In this document: in pieces, positions 44,785 to 54,723 of the stretch | Layout: every line of letters begins with the position of its first letter | Numbering within the stretch: position 1 is the stretch's first letter | Virus record (IMG/VR): IMGVR_UViG_3300044448_003347 | Reading direction: 5' to 3' (one strand) | DNA: 64,000 nt | Origin: an uncultured virus (IMG/VR IMGVR_UViG_3300044448_003347) | Lineage: Duplodnaviria; Heunggongvirae; Uroviricota; Caudoviricetes | Program-made: the position numbers and the translations under genes | Notes under the pieces: generated by a model | The model's input: the letters and a program-made list of their open reading frames with translations, nothing else | Database searches by the model: none | Told to the model about the DNA's origin: nothing

Positions 44785-47502
44785 CTATTTGGATAATTCA
44801 TATTGCACCGCGTCAGCAACTGCCTTGTTAAAATTTCTTCTCCCAAACTGAGCTGTTACATTGATGTTCGGAGATGAGGCTGTACCATCTTGCTCCTCCG
44901 TATTCACCGCTATTCTTTCGAGAACGTCAACCATTTTCTTAAACATGCCGTCATCTTTTCTGGTGTCCCTTAAGGCGGCTCCAGTTTCTTTTAGACTTGT
45001 TGCCAAGTTACCAGAGTCCTGCGCCTTCAAAACGCTCATGGGTGTGACAAATTCAGCGTTTGGTCTCGGACCATCTCCTGCAATAAAAGAGGATGTAATG
45101 TTGTCTCCACCATTTCTAAACTGCGGGATGTCCATACCACCAACAGGAATTGTTCCTCCTGTGGGAGAATCGATTCCTGCCGTAAAGAGATTGCCACCGC
45201 CAGCGGAAGCTTCACCAGCTTTGAACATTTGTTGAATGCCAACGAAAGCCGCTGCGACACCGGCTGCGGCTCCCATTAATTTTCCTGCTGTAAGACCAGC
45301 AGCAGGACCAGATAGCATTGTCCACGCTAAAGCTGCCCCTCCTGCCAAAAACATGAGACCAGTAGCCAAATTTCCAATCGTGCCAGACATGCCATCAGCC
45401 ATGCTACTAAAGATAGAGAAGGCTGCGAATCCAGCCGTTGCTGCTCCAGCAACCATCATTAGCGAAGAAGCCAGACCCCTGTTTGCTTGTGCTAGAACTC
45501 CTGTTGCAGCAGCATCTTTGCCTTTGGCAGGAACACTTAAAGAACTCAGCGCTATACTCTGCTCTTGTGTTAAGTTTGCTTGTCCTCTTGCTACGGCTAA
45601 TAGTTGCTCCTCAGTTATGTTGGCTTGAGTCATAATCGCTTCTCTTGTGCGAGAACCTGTTAACATTAACGACATTGCCTGAGCTTGACTTGCTGTTACA
45701 TTTCCAACACTATAGGAACCGCTCAGTTGTGCTTGAGCAGCGGCAGCTGCTTGAGTTGCACCCGTTTGCCTAGCAAGTGAGTTTGAAATAGATTCTATAT
45801 TGGCTGCTACCGCTCCCGCTTGGAGGCTTAATTTCTGTAGCCCAGCGCGGAACGCAGAGATACCAAAGGCAGCGAGACCGACAGGAACAGCGAACGCGGT
45901 AAATAATCCAGCGGCGCTGTTAAAAAACTCACCAATTGGAACAAAGAATGCAACAAGCTGCTCCACTGCTGAACTCAGTTTATCAACGGCGGTAGAGGCT
46001 TGTGAGACCATGTTGGCGAACTCTTCTTCTTGCGATATCATAGCTTCTTGCGGAGTCAGAGTTCCCTCCATCATAGCGCGGAGATTTCCAATGCTAATTC
46101 CAAAACTATCAGCAAGCATCTTCTGCTCGAAGAACCCCATGTTTTCAAATGATTTTCCAGCAGCATCAAAGCCGTCCCTTAGCATTTCTAATTGTGCAAA
46201 AGGACCTTCAGCCGCTGCCATGACCAAATCAAATGTGTTGACAAATGATCCTTCCAAAACAAGATTGAAGGCTGCTACTTTATCTGCTGCCTGATCAAAT
46301 GTAGAGAGACCATCAGATAGTTGAAATAGGTTCTGTCCAAGCTCCCCCACTTCAATCCCCAAAGACTTAGCTGTCTTGGCAGTTCTCATAAAGATTTCTG
46401 GTGCTTGTTTGCCGAACGCGGCTAGTTGGGGCTCAAGCGCATTAAACTGTTGCGCTAATACCTGTGGTGGGATTCCAGCAGCCCTTCCTTCGACAGCAAA
46501 TCTTTTTAATATGGAATTGGCTTCGCCAACAGCCATTCCCAAACCAGAGACTAGAAAATCTAAGCTATCCCCTGTTGTCCTAGTATCAACTCCAAGCTTT
46601 GCTAAACCAGCAGCGGTCGCAGTTAATTCAGCCCTAGCTTGTTCACCCACTGTTGAAAATTTAGTAAAATTAACAAACAATCCACTAAATGCCTCGGACG
46701 TGCTCTGAAGACCTATACCAAGCGCAGATACTTCTCTGAACGTTGCAACCATTTCTTCATTATATTCTCTGCTTGCACCAGTGGTTTGGACAAAAGCGGT
46801 TGTTAATTGGTCCATTCTGACAGCCAATTCTATTGTGTTGCTGACAAAGTAAGCCGCGAGGTTGCCAACATCAAATAGTTCTCCAAGAGATGAAGCAGCG
46901 CCGGTAATGGCAGAACTAAATGCAACTCCTCCTTCTGCCGCTCTGAACATGTTTCCTACAATGCCCTCATCCAAATCTGTCTTAAGACCTATTAGAGATG
47001 CTAAATTTTCTACTGCGCCTGCGCTGGCTCTTACGCCAGCTATTTGTGCCTTGTTTCTTTTTTCTATATTCTCAAGTTCTTTGGCTAATAATTTTAATTT
47101 TTCTTTTTGTTGTGCAATAAAATCTTTCGCTTGTTGATCTTCAGCTTTACCAAATTTTTCAATAGATGTTTTGGCTAATTCAATTTCACCTAGAAGAGAT
47201 ATCTGTCTATTGTAGTTTTCAACTTGAATTTGTCCTCTTTCTAGTTGCCCAGACAAAAGGTTCAACTGAGATTCTACTAGCTTATTTATACCTTCGCCCT
47301 TGGCTTGTAGAATTTCTGACAGTTCTACCGCTAAAGCACTTTCTGCATTTAATTTATTTATTGTCTCTTCGGCTTTACTTAGATTTTCACCTCTTAGCCT
47401 AGAAAGTTTAGCTTGTAGCTGCACTTGTTTTTCCACAGCCTCATTCGCTGCATTTAGAAGCGCTACTAACTCTTTTTGTTCTTCTACAGTTTTTTCTGCC
47501 AT
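44785..47502 (-). CDS. tape measure protein
   Basis: 905 aa, Ala/Gly-rich helical with hydrophobic segments, downstream of the tail chaperone. Confidence 0.8.
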   Translation of the reverse strand: MAEKTVEEQKELVALLNAANEAVEKQVQLQAKLSRLRGENLSKAEETINKLNAESALAVELSEILQAKGEGINKLVESQLNLLSGQLERGQIQVENYNRQISLLGEIELAKTSIEKFGKAEDQQAKDFIAQQKEKLKLLAKELENIEKRNKAQIAGVRASAGAVENLASLIGLKTDLDEGIVGNMFRAAEGGVAFSSAITGAASSLGELFDVGNLAAYFVSNTIELAVRMDQLTTAFVQTTGASREYNEEMVATFREVSALGIGLQSTSEAFSGLFVNFTKFSTVGEQARAELTATAAGLAKLGVDTRTTGDSLDFLVSGLGMAVGEANSILKRFAVEGRAAGIPPQVLAQQFNALEPQLAAFGKQAPEIFMRTAKTAKSLGIEVGELGQNLFQLSDGLSTFDQAADKVAAFNLVLEGSFVNTFDLVMAAAEGPFAQLEMLRDGFDAAGKSFENMGFFEQKMLADSFGISIGNLRAMMEGTLTPQEAMISQEEEFANMVSQASTAVDKLSSAVEQLVAFFVPIGEFFNSAAGLFTAFAVPVGLAAFGISAFRAGLQKLSLQAGAVAANIESISNSLARQTGATQAAAAAQAQLSGSYSVGNVTASQAQAMSLMLTGSRTREAIMTQANITEEQLLAVARGQANLTQEQSIALSSLSVPAKGKDAAATGVLAQANRGLASSLMMVAGAATAGFAAFSIFSSMADGMSGTIGNLATGLMFLAGGAALAWTMLSGPAAGLTAGKLMGAAAGVAAAFVGIQQMFKAGEASAGGGNLFTAGIDSPTGGTIPVGGMDIPQFRNGGDNITSSFIAGDGPRPNAEFVTPMSVLKAQDSGNLATSLKETGAALRDTRKDDGMFKKMVDVLERIAVNTEEQDGTASSPNINVTAQFGRRNFNKAVADAVQYELSK

Positions 47503-47512
47503 GGTTTAATCT

Positions 47513-47848
47513 CTATTTAAAAGGCCACTTTAATCCAGTTTCTCTCTCAAAATTGGCGACGGCTCTTTCTAGTTTGTGTCTATTATTCATTGTTCTTGGA
47601 TCTCCGAGCCCGTGTTTCTCAAAGCTCTGAAGATATCTTCTCTCATTTCCAAGTGCTCTTGCAAAAGAAGATAGCTGAGAGGATGTGCCCCTAAACCTAG
47701 CTGGTATAAAGGATTGAGATCCTCCGAACATATATTTTAATACTAGCTCAATTTGTCCCGCCATTACCTTTAATGACATTTCATCAAGCTTGTTCGATGT
47801 TAAATCAATTTGTATGGGAGCTAATTTTTCTTCATCAAGTCTGTTCAT
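47513..47848 (-). CDS. hypothetical virion-module protein
   Basis: Start moved to MNRLDE (GGAGG RBS). Confidence 0.65.
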   Translation of the reverse strand: MNRLDEEKLAPIQIDLTSNKLDEMSLKVMAGQIELVLKYMFGGSQSFIPARFRGTSSQLSSFARALGNERRYLQSFEKHGLGDPRTMNNRHKLERAVANFERETGLKWPFK

Positions 47849-47884
47849 GTTGGTAATCCTCCAGTATAAATAGTTGTAAATAGT

Positions 47885-47916
47885 AAAAAAAAAGACCAAA
47901 AACAGCTTTGGTCTTT
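47885..47916 (-). terminator. intrinsic terminator after tail chaperone
   Basis: AAAGACCAAA...TTTGGTCTTT followed by a T-run. Confidence 0.6.
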
Positions 47917-47923
47917 GGTCTGA

Positions 47924-48119
47924 TTATCTAGATTTTCTTTTTGCCTTTTGTATTTCTTCTTGCTGATCTTTAAAGTGGCTCTCCAGCCTTTCCAAAAACC
48001 AACGTCGAATCATTATAGGCAGGTTGTATGCCTCCGTAAAACTCCAACCTCCATGGTGCTTAAGCAAGAATAATTCTTCATAAACCGATTCTATATATTC
48101 ATCACTTAGGCCAAAAAAA
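47924..48119 (-). CDS. tail assembly chaperone C-terminal extension, probably reached by frameshift
   Basis: No convincing own start; GGWSFTEAYNLP..IRRWF motif; overlaps the upstream ORF at a T7 run. Confidence 0.65.
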
Positions 48120-48956
48120 GTCAGTGCTAAACGGTACCTCCATCTCTTGCTCGTGGCTGCACTCTGGGCACTCGAAGTGTTGGGCAAGGTCAACATTCGG
48201 AATTAAGTTTTTATATGTCGTTCTCAGGTGTTTTGAGTCTATCGCTGGCATTACTTCCACAAAATTAGAAATTGCCGTTTTGTCATCATCTCCATTAACT
48301 GAAACGATATACCTTTTCATTTGATCAGTCATTCCTAGTTCGGGAAGTTTATTCTTTTTTCTCATCTTATTTGAGCTAAGAATGTTCTTTTCATCTCGCC
48401 CCGTAAAAGGTCTTACCTCGACCTCTACTTGCGATTTTGGAAGCGTTAATAGGAAAGTTCCGCTGCTAGTCTGTTGTGCATCAAAGTCTGCACAATCAAT
48501 GTCGTTATTAGCTATATCTGACAAATCAAAAACATTTTCAGAAATTGAACCACATGCTGGACATAATACCTTTGTGGTGTAATCTGGTCCATATCCTGTA
48601 ATTCTGGCGGATACAAGAAGAGCGTTTTTATCTCCGACTAGTAGATCATTGACATCTACGCTTTTGTCAACCATTACACTTTGCAGCAACCTATCCAAAA
48701 CAACACCCTTGGTTATAAACGACCTGTTTACAAGTATGTCCTCATCTTTGGCAGTCATATGTCGGATTTCCAAAGACTCTACACCGTGGAGGGGAGAGCC
48801 TTCTGGATAGAATTGCCCTTTGGATGGAAGGTCTACAATTTCTGTAGGCACCACAAAGGACAATTTTTCTTTTTCTTGAATTAGTTGTTGGGGGGGTGGC
48901 ATTTCATCGGGAGCCAAAGGGCTCCCAAATCTACCTTCATTGTCTCTAATACTCAT
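48102..48956 (-). CDS. tail assembly chaperone / T4 gp26-like hub assembly protein
   Basis: LPSKG.FYP, MTAKDEDIL, ARITGYG, CPAC and CPEC, ends FFWP. Confidence 0.75.
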   Translation of the reverse strand: MSIRDNEGRFGSPLAPDEMPPPQQLIQEKEKLSFVVPTEIVDLPSKGQFYPEGSPLHGVESLEIRHMTAKDEDILVNRSFITKGVVLDRLLQSVMVDKSVDVNDLLVGDKNALLVSARITGYGPDYTTKVLCPACGSISENVFDLSDIANNDIDCADFDAQQTSSGTFLLTLPKSQVEVEVRPFTGRDEKNILSSNKMRKKNKLPELGMTDQMKRYIVSVNGDDDKTAISNFVEVMPAIDSKHLRTTYKNLIPNVDLAQHFECPECSHEQEMEVPFSTDFFWPK

Positions 48957-49014
48957 TAAAACCTCTCTTTATTATAAGTATAACACTTTTGAATAAAGAG
49001 TTTAAATATTTTTA

Positions 49015-49614
49015 TTAGTTTCCAAGTTCTTTCTGTTTCTTGTAAGCTTCGACGATTTGCGTTTCGCCAGATGGGTTGCCCTCAATAGCTTTGTATGTTG
49101 CAAAATCATAACGAAGCTCAACATCCATAGAAACTAAGGAATCATCAGTGTAGTCAAAGTCTCCCATTGTCACATTTTTCATCCAGCAATTATGCATAGT
49201 CCACTCATCAGCGGCTTCGCCTTCAGCAGTTAAAGCTTCAAGTTTAACAAGACTCATGGCGTCAACAGCTTTTTGTTTCGACATTGTTGCATAGCTGCCA
49301 AGGGAACTTCCTTTGGGGCTTTTTGGTATTGTATAACCAGCGGCTCCCATAATACCCATTAGGATAGCAGTGCTGTCAGGAGAGATTGGATCGATAATCG
49401 AGAAAGATACCGTCTGCCACTCGACGCGACCGGGAAAATAAAAAGTATGATTAAGATATGAATGGGTTGCCTCCGTAATATTGAAGCTAGGTCTGTTGAC
49501 CTTTGTTATCATCCACTGTGCATCTGAACCAGCATTCGGAAGGACTAGCCTAAATCTATACTTTCTTTTTGGTGAGGCTGCTTTATTAGCCCAAAATCTT
49601 GATGGTGTTGACAT
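49015..49614 (-). CDS. tail tube protein (gp19-like)
   Basis: PKRKYRF...RP...GRVEW...LRYD; directly after the sheath. Confidence 0.85.
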   Translation of the reverse strand: MSTPSRFWANKAASPKRKYRFRLVLPNAGSDAQWMITKVNRPSFNITEATHSYLNHTFYFPGRVEWQTVSFSIIDPISPDSTAILMGIMGAAGYTIPKSPKGSSLGSYATMSKQKAVDAMSLVKLEALTAEGEAADEWTMHNCWMKNVTMGDFDYTDDSLVSMDVELRYDFATYKAIEGNPSGETQIVEAYKKQKELGN

Positions 49615-49673
49615 TCTATTATGTTTCCTTTATAAAAGTTTTTTACACTAGTAAATAGTTTCTTTATTTATTT

Positions 49674-52600
49674 TTAATCCTCAAAACCCGCACCAGAGTT
49701 TGTGATTACAAAATCAATAGCGAAGAACTCGACAGCCTTAGTTGGCTTTAAGAAGATCTTTGCATAGATAACGTTTCTGTCAACAAGGTCTGGCGTAGTT
49801 GTTGTTTCGTCAAGCACAACCCTGAAGGCGTCTAATCCAAAATCATTTTTGATTCCGTTTAGCAATGGGTTAACTCTTCCAGTAAACCTGCTCCAAGTTT
49901 GTGCAACGTTTGGCTCGAACAACAAGTCAGCAGCAATTCTTGAGATTTCTTTCTTAACAAAAATCATCAACCTTCTAACGTTAATTCTATCCAGAGCGGA
50001 TGGAGTTACCTGAAGCGTCTTCTGACCGAAAATTACAATACCCTCGTTAGGGAAAGAGGCAATTGGATTAATGTTTGCGTCGTAAAGTTCGTCTCGCTCT
50101 TGAGAGCTTAACTTACTTCTAACATTCGTCACTGGTATACCAGCAGCACCTGCGGAGAGACCGCCTCTGTTAAATCCAGCTGGGGCGAACCATGGTGCTG
50201 CCTGATTATCATTGAAAGACATTGCGCCAATCGCAGCGACTGATGGCGGAGCCCATATACCCTGCCCACTAATGGTGTCACTAATTCTAACCCATGGGTA
50301 GTAAGCCGCACCGTAGCTGCTGTTTAGGTTACGAGAAGTCATGCTATTGACAACATCACTAACATGCGTAGCTGAAATTCTTACTTCTTCAGTCTCGTAG
50401 TTTTCCGCAGCAGGAGTGTAGCCACCCAATGGATCAATAACAGCCAAAGCATCTCCACGTTCTTCACATGTATTAATCATGTGTGTTGTTAAGCCCTCAT
50501 TGGTAACTCCCGGAACTGCTAACAAGTTACCCTCAATGTACTCAGGGTCAGAGAACATGTCAATACCTTTTCTAATTGTATAAGCCATTGAGTATTGAGT
50601 CTCTGTTGCTCCTGCGACCAAGGCTCTGGATGCATTAAGCGGCTCGTTTTCTGTAATGTCAAAGCCGTTGAAGCCACCGAAAAGAGGAGTTGTAAATCTA
50701 TCATATCCCTTATCTAGGACTGATTTATAACTTCCTGTCATAGCAGTGGTAGATGAACCCAATTCCCTAGAGCCTGATTGGTAGAACATATCACCTGTGG
50801 TAGTGCTAGCTGCACCAACATATACCAAGTCATCTAGCGAGAAATACCATGAAAGTTCTGTCTCATTTGATACAGCGCTAAAGGCTTGACCTCCAGCTGG
50901 AAGCGGGTACAACACATCTTGCATCGAGTCTTCATAGATTACCGAAGCAGACGACCTAGTAAACGTAGCGCCAAAGTATGCATCTCTTTTGTTAGCCAAC
51001 TCTGGTGTACTTGAGCTAAGTCTCAATGGGACACGCGGGAACTCAATAGAAGCTGAAAGTGGCTGGACAATTGCTGGGTGATCAGAAATTAATAACTGAG
51101 TTGCAGATCCTGTAACAGAACCGAAGTTTTGCGGATATGTAGAACCCGAGCCTATGATAACTGGTGAGTTGATACCGCTAAGGATAGTGTCACTAAATAC
51201 ACCAGATGATCCTACGATGTTAAAGTCTGTTAGCTTGAGTGGTCCTTCGACACCGAATGGCAAAACCTCCGGGTTAAGCTGGCTAGAGTCAACTGCGGGT
51301 GCCATATCCACTCTGACAATATTGGAGATATTTGGGTATGTTCCATACTCAATAACTCTTCTATCGTTCTCGCTCCACTTGTAGTATCTATCACCAATCT
51401 TTTTTGCGATATAGTTTGGAGAACTAGGATCTAGGTTGCAGTTTGTATATCTTTCAACATATATTCTTGCTCCATCATTATCTTTAATGTCTCTAATAGC
51501 TATAGTAAACGAACCATATGGCGTGTTATCATTTTTAGAGTATTTAATATCCTCAATTGATATCTTGTAATTTCTTTGTTCTTCCTCTCCTGTACTGAGA
51601 GTGTGAAACTTAAACAGCCTGTCAACAACGCCTGAACCAACCTCTGGGTTGTACGCTGGGACCAGCTTATTGCTAGCAGCAGTGTGGCTAGCGGCTGTTG
51701 TTCTCAAGTCTTGTGAGAAAAACCACCCTGTTTGTGCTGCTTGAGTGGGGTACTTAAAAGCTCCACCGTCAGTTATGTTGGTCGCGCCACCAAGTTGGGC
51801 TATAAATCCATAACAACTATTACCAGTAATCTTGTCAGCAATAGATCTTTCGTATGTTTGTCCCAAGAAATAAGACTTTAATTGATCAGACTCGGTATTA
51901 ACTAAGGATGCGTTTGTCTTAGTTGGGTCTGTGTTTAAAACTTTTCTGATGTAGCTATTGGAACTTCTGTTAAAGTTAACAATTGATTCTTCCAATACTC
52001 CGACAGGATTGTCAGCATCAGTCGTAGCAAGAACGCCGCTGTTGTTAATAACCCTAACTTTAAATGAGAAGTTGCCATTACTGTCAAGAGACTTGACCAA
52101 TGCATTGGACCCTGTTGCAATTGTTGCTCGGGAGTCATCGCCGCCAGTAATGGTAACAGCAGTCGTAACACCATCGGACACCTTTGAGTTAGCTGCCATT
52201 GTGACTGTAGTAGTGTTGCCTACCGAGCCAGAAGCGTCTACAAAGATGGATGCCAAATGAGTAGCTAACTGACCAGCAGTACCAGCGCCATAATCAGTAA
52301 GAGAGCCAGTGAAAGCTGTGATACCCTGTACACCACCTGTGCCTGATCCATTACCGCTTGTGGCTGCTGTAACTCTCGCATTGCTTGCGGCATTACCATT
52401 GATAGCGTCTCTAACTGCTGCCATAAGTTCGACATCACCTGCCGGGATGGTTGCGGATCCCAAACTATTAACACCAATACCAATTGTATCAACCCCGTCT
52501 CCACCTGTCCCATCTGTATCGGCACTAAATTTAATAGTTGTTGTCCCGGCTCCGCCAGCCGCTGAAGGCACACTAAATACAATCGTGTTTGTTGCCGCAA

Positions 52601-53231
52601 CAGACCCGTTTGCTCCACTAAAGTTTAACATGGAAGCAGAGAATGCGGAAGTTGCTGGCTCGCCTTGACCTCTAACTGTACCGGAAAGGATTGGCGCACC
52701 ATATCTTGTATAAATAACCGCTGCTAGTGATCCAGTTACTCTCTCTGGTGTCCCGGAAGGACCGAGGGTGCCTGCTGTACCAGAGTTGACCAAGAACAAA
52801 CCATAAGCTCCTCCACCACCAGATGTGCTGCCGCCGCCGTTGGTTCCACCTTGCGAGGAATCTGCTGCGGTCCAACCTGCCTTAGAGGTATTTGTTCCTG
52901 TGTTTCTGTTGGATTGATCGCCCAAAAGCCTAATGAAAGTTAAAGGAGAGCTGTTTCTTAACCATGCCTGAGCTGCATACGCCGCAAAAGTAGGAGCTTT
53001 TGGAACTCCACTTCTCCACTGGTCGCTGGCTTCTTGCCCTGCGACTGGATCTCCGAAGAGAGTAACAAACTCCGAAAATGATTGGACTGTAGTTGGTATG
53101 AAAGCCGGTCCACGGCGGGATCTCCCTATGATAACTGGACCAATTGCGTCACTTATAGTTGGCAATTGTGAATTGTCAATTTCATTGATGAATACTCCCG
53201 GCGATACAAACTTAAAATTTTTCGCTGACAT
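49674..53231 (-). CDS. tail sheath protein
   Basis: SPGVFINEID, WFAPAGFNRG, INPI, GQKTLQ...DRINVRRL. Confidence 0.93.
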   Translation of the reverse strand: MSAKNFKFVSPGVFINEIDNSQLPTISDAIGPVIIGRSRRGPAFIPTTVQSFSEFVTLFGDPVAGQEASDQWRSGVPKAPTFAAYAAQAWLRNSSPLTFIRLLGDQSNRNTGTNTSKAGWTAADSSQGGTNGGGSTSGGGGAYGLFLVNSGTAGTLGPSGTPERVTGSLAAVIYTRYGAPILSGTVRGQGEPATSAFSASMLNFSGANGSVAATNTIVFSVPSAAGGAGTTTIKFSADTDGTGGDGVDTIGIGVNSLGSATIPAGDVELMAAVRDAINGNAASNARVTAATSGNGSGTGGVQGITAFTGSLTDYGAGTAGQLATHLASIFVDASGSVGNTTTVTMAANSKVSDGVTTAVTITGGDDSRATIATGSNALVKSLDSNGNFSFKVRVINNSGVLATTDADNPVGVLEESIVNFNRSSNSYIRKVLNTDPTKTNASLVNTESDQLKSYFLGQTYERSIADKITGNSCYGFIAQLGGATNITDGGAFKYPTQAAQTGWFFSQDLRTTAASHTAASNKLVPAYNPEVGSGVVDRLFKFHTLSTGEEEQRNYKISIEDIKYSKNDNTPYGSFTIAIRDIKDNDGARIYVERYTNCNLDPSSPNYIAKKIGDRYYKWSENDRRVIEYGTYPNISNIVRVDMAPAVDSSQLNPEVLPFGVEGPLKLTDFNIVGSSGVFSDTILSGINSPVIIGSGSTYPQNFGSVTGSATQLLISDHPAIVQPLSASIEFPRVPLRLSSSTPELANKRDAYFGATFTRSSASVIYEDSMQDVLYPLPAGGQAFSAVSNETELSWYFSLDDLVYVGAASTTTGDMFYQSGSRELGSSTTAMTGSYKSVLDKGYDRFTTPLFGGFNGFDITENEPLNASRALVAGATETQYSMAYTIRKGIDMFSDPEYIEGNLLAVPGVTNEGLTTHMINTCEERGDALAVIDPLGGYTPAAENYETEEVRISATHVSDVVNSMTSRNLNSSYGAAYYPWVRISDTISGQGIWAPPSVAAIGAMSFNDNQAAPWFAPAGFNRGGLSAGAAGIPVTNVRSKLSSQERDELYDANINPIASFPNEGIVIFGQKTLQVTPSALDRINVRRLMIFVKKEISRIAADLLFEPNVAQTWSRFTGRVNPLLNGIKNDFGLDAFRVVLDETTTTPDLVDRNVIYAKIFLKPTKAVEFFAIDFVITNSGAGFED

Positions 53232-53316
53232 TAGTGTGTTCTCCTTTAAAACGTCTGATATAGATGACGATATTATTTCTTTAGTAAATAGTGCACCGTT
53301 TTATCAAAGTCCAAAA

Positions 53317-54219
53317 TTATTCTCTGTACTTGTCGTCTACTCCCTTATTTTTATGGTTGTCGTTGCCCACAAGCGGATCGTCCCACAAAGCCCTCTCTCT
53401 GGGAATCCTAAATTGAACTGCATTTTCTCTTATAGAATATGTCGGTGTTGTGCTGTTTTCATCTCCTCCGCAGAAATATCCCAAAACTTCTATATTTACC
53501 TTAGTCTCAAACCTTCTCTCTTCATTATCCATGGAGGATAAATTGTTGGCTAAGTTGTATGTACCTTGAATAAATGCCTCATATTTATGGCTGTCGCGCT
53601 CTACTACAAAACTGTTGATTGTTCCCGGTCTAGTAACAAATGGTTGTAGAAGCTGATTCATCTGCTGCTGATATTCGGTTCTTAAGGTAATTTCATAATT
53701 AATCACGGAATAAACTATGGCAGGTATTGTTATGTATTCATATACAACTTTCTTTGTTGGATTCCTAACAAACCTTGGTCCTTCCCTGCCTCCATATCTT
53801 CTATTGGCATCGTTATTAGCAAACTCAGATGTCTTTTTCTGATTTATTTGTCTAGCGATCACTAAAGATCCGCCCTTCTCTTTTTGAGATTGTATTGGAA
53901 ACTGATCTCCATAAAAGCGACCTCTTCGATTTAAATCTTTATTTATAGATGTTCTTTCAATTGTTATGGCAGGAAGTATAATTGTACCTTCATTGTCTCT
54001 ATAGTCTGGGTTGTTTTTTATTTGGAAGGATCTTTCTGCCGAGGACCAAACAATGGGTACTTTTTCTTGCCCATCTTTTGATGTCACTTTTAAAGATAGT
54101 TTATCATTTATATAATCATAAATGGCGTAATCAACTGTTTCGATGGTAGATGGAGTAAAATCCAAATCCTGATCATAGTTGTTCCCTTCTTCCTCTGGTA
54201 TACCTGTATAATTTGACAT
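53317..54219 (-). CDS. tail terminator / gp15-like protein
   Basis: VPIVW, ILPAITIERTS pattern; position before the sheath. Confidence 0.55.
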   Translation of the reverse strand: MSNYTGIPEEEGNNYDQDLDFTPSTIETVDYAIYDYINDKLSLKVTSKDGQEKVPIVWSSAERSFQIKNNPDYRDNEGTIILPAITIERTSINKDLNRRGRFYGDQFPIQSQKEKGGSLVIARQINQKKTSEFANNDANRRYGGREGPRFVRNPTKKVVYEYITIPAIVYSVINYEITLRTEYQQQMNQLLQPFVTRPGTINSFVVERDSHKYEAFIQGTYNLANNLSSMDNEERRFETKVNIEVLGYFCGGDENSTTPTYSIRENAVQFRIPRERALWDDPLVGNDNHKNKGVDDKYRE

Positions 54220-54228
54220 TTTTATTTC

Positions 54229-54717
54229 CTACAAAGCGTCGAACGTTCCCTTTCTAGCTCTAACGCAATTTGCCATGATTTCATATTTGTAATCAACTTG
54301 TCCAAAAAGTTGCTTGGGCTCATTTAAATCTAAAATCTCATAATGAAATTTACCGTACAACACAAAATCTCCCTCTCGGACAAACAAATTTTGATCTTCA
54401 GTTAATCTCCTCTTGTGAAAATATATTTTGATTCTCGACCTCTTGTCAACGCCAAGACTTGTTGTTGTTGTCTCTTGCCCCTCCCATCCAATCAAAGCAT
54501 AAACTCTAACAGGTGGCAAAAACGTCTTCTTGATTGATTCACCGTAAAGGGAGTGGAAATTAGTTTTATCTAGACTTATGGGGTAGTAAAGCACAGTTTG
54601 ACCGATGACGCGCTCTATGACTTCATCATTGATCTGCTTGACTAAATTTCTCTCTTTCTCCCCAGTAAATAAGGGTGGCGGAGGATTAGTTGGTTGTTCC
54701 CATTTGTTGTCTGCCAT
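54229..54717 (-). CDS. head closure / neck protein (gp14-like)
   Basis: GQTVLYY...LYGE...EGDFV pattern. Confidence 0.6.
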   Translation of the reverse strand: MADNKWEQPTNPPPPLFTGEKERNLVKQINDEVIERVIGQTVLYYPISLDKTNFHSLYGESIKKTFLPPVRVYALIGWEGQETTTTSLGVDKRSRIKIYFHKRRLTEDQNLFVREGDFVLYGKFHYEILDLNEPKQLFGQVDYKYEIMANCVRARKGTFDAL

Positions 54718-54723
54718 TTATTT

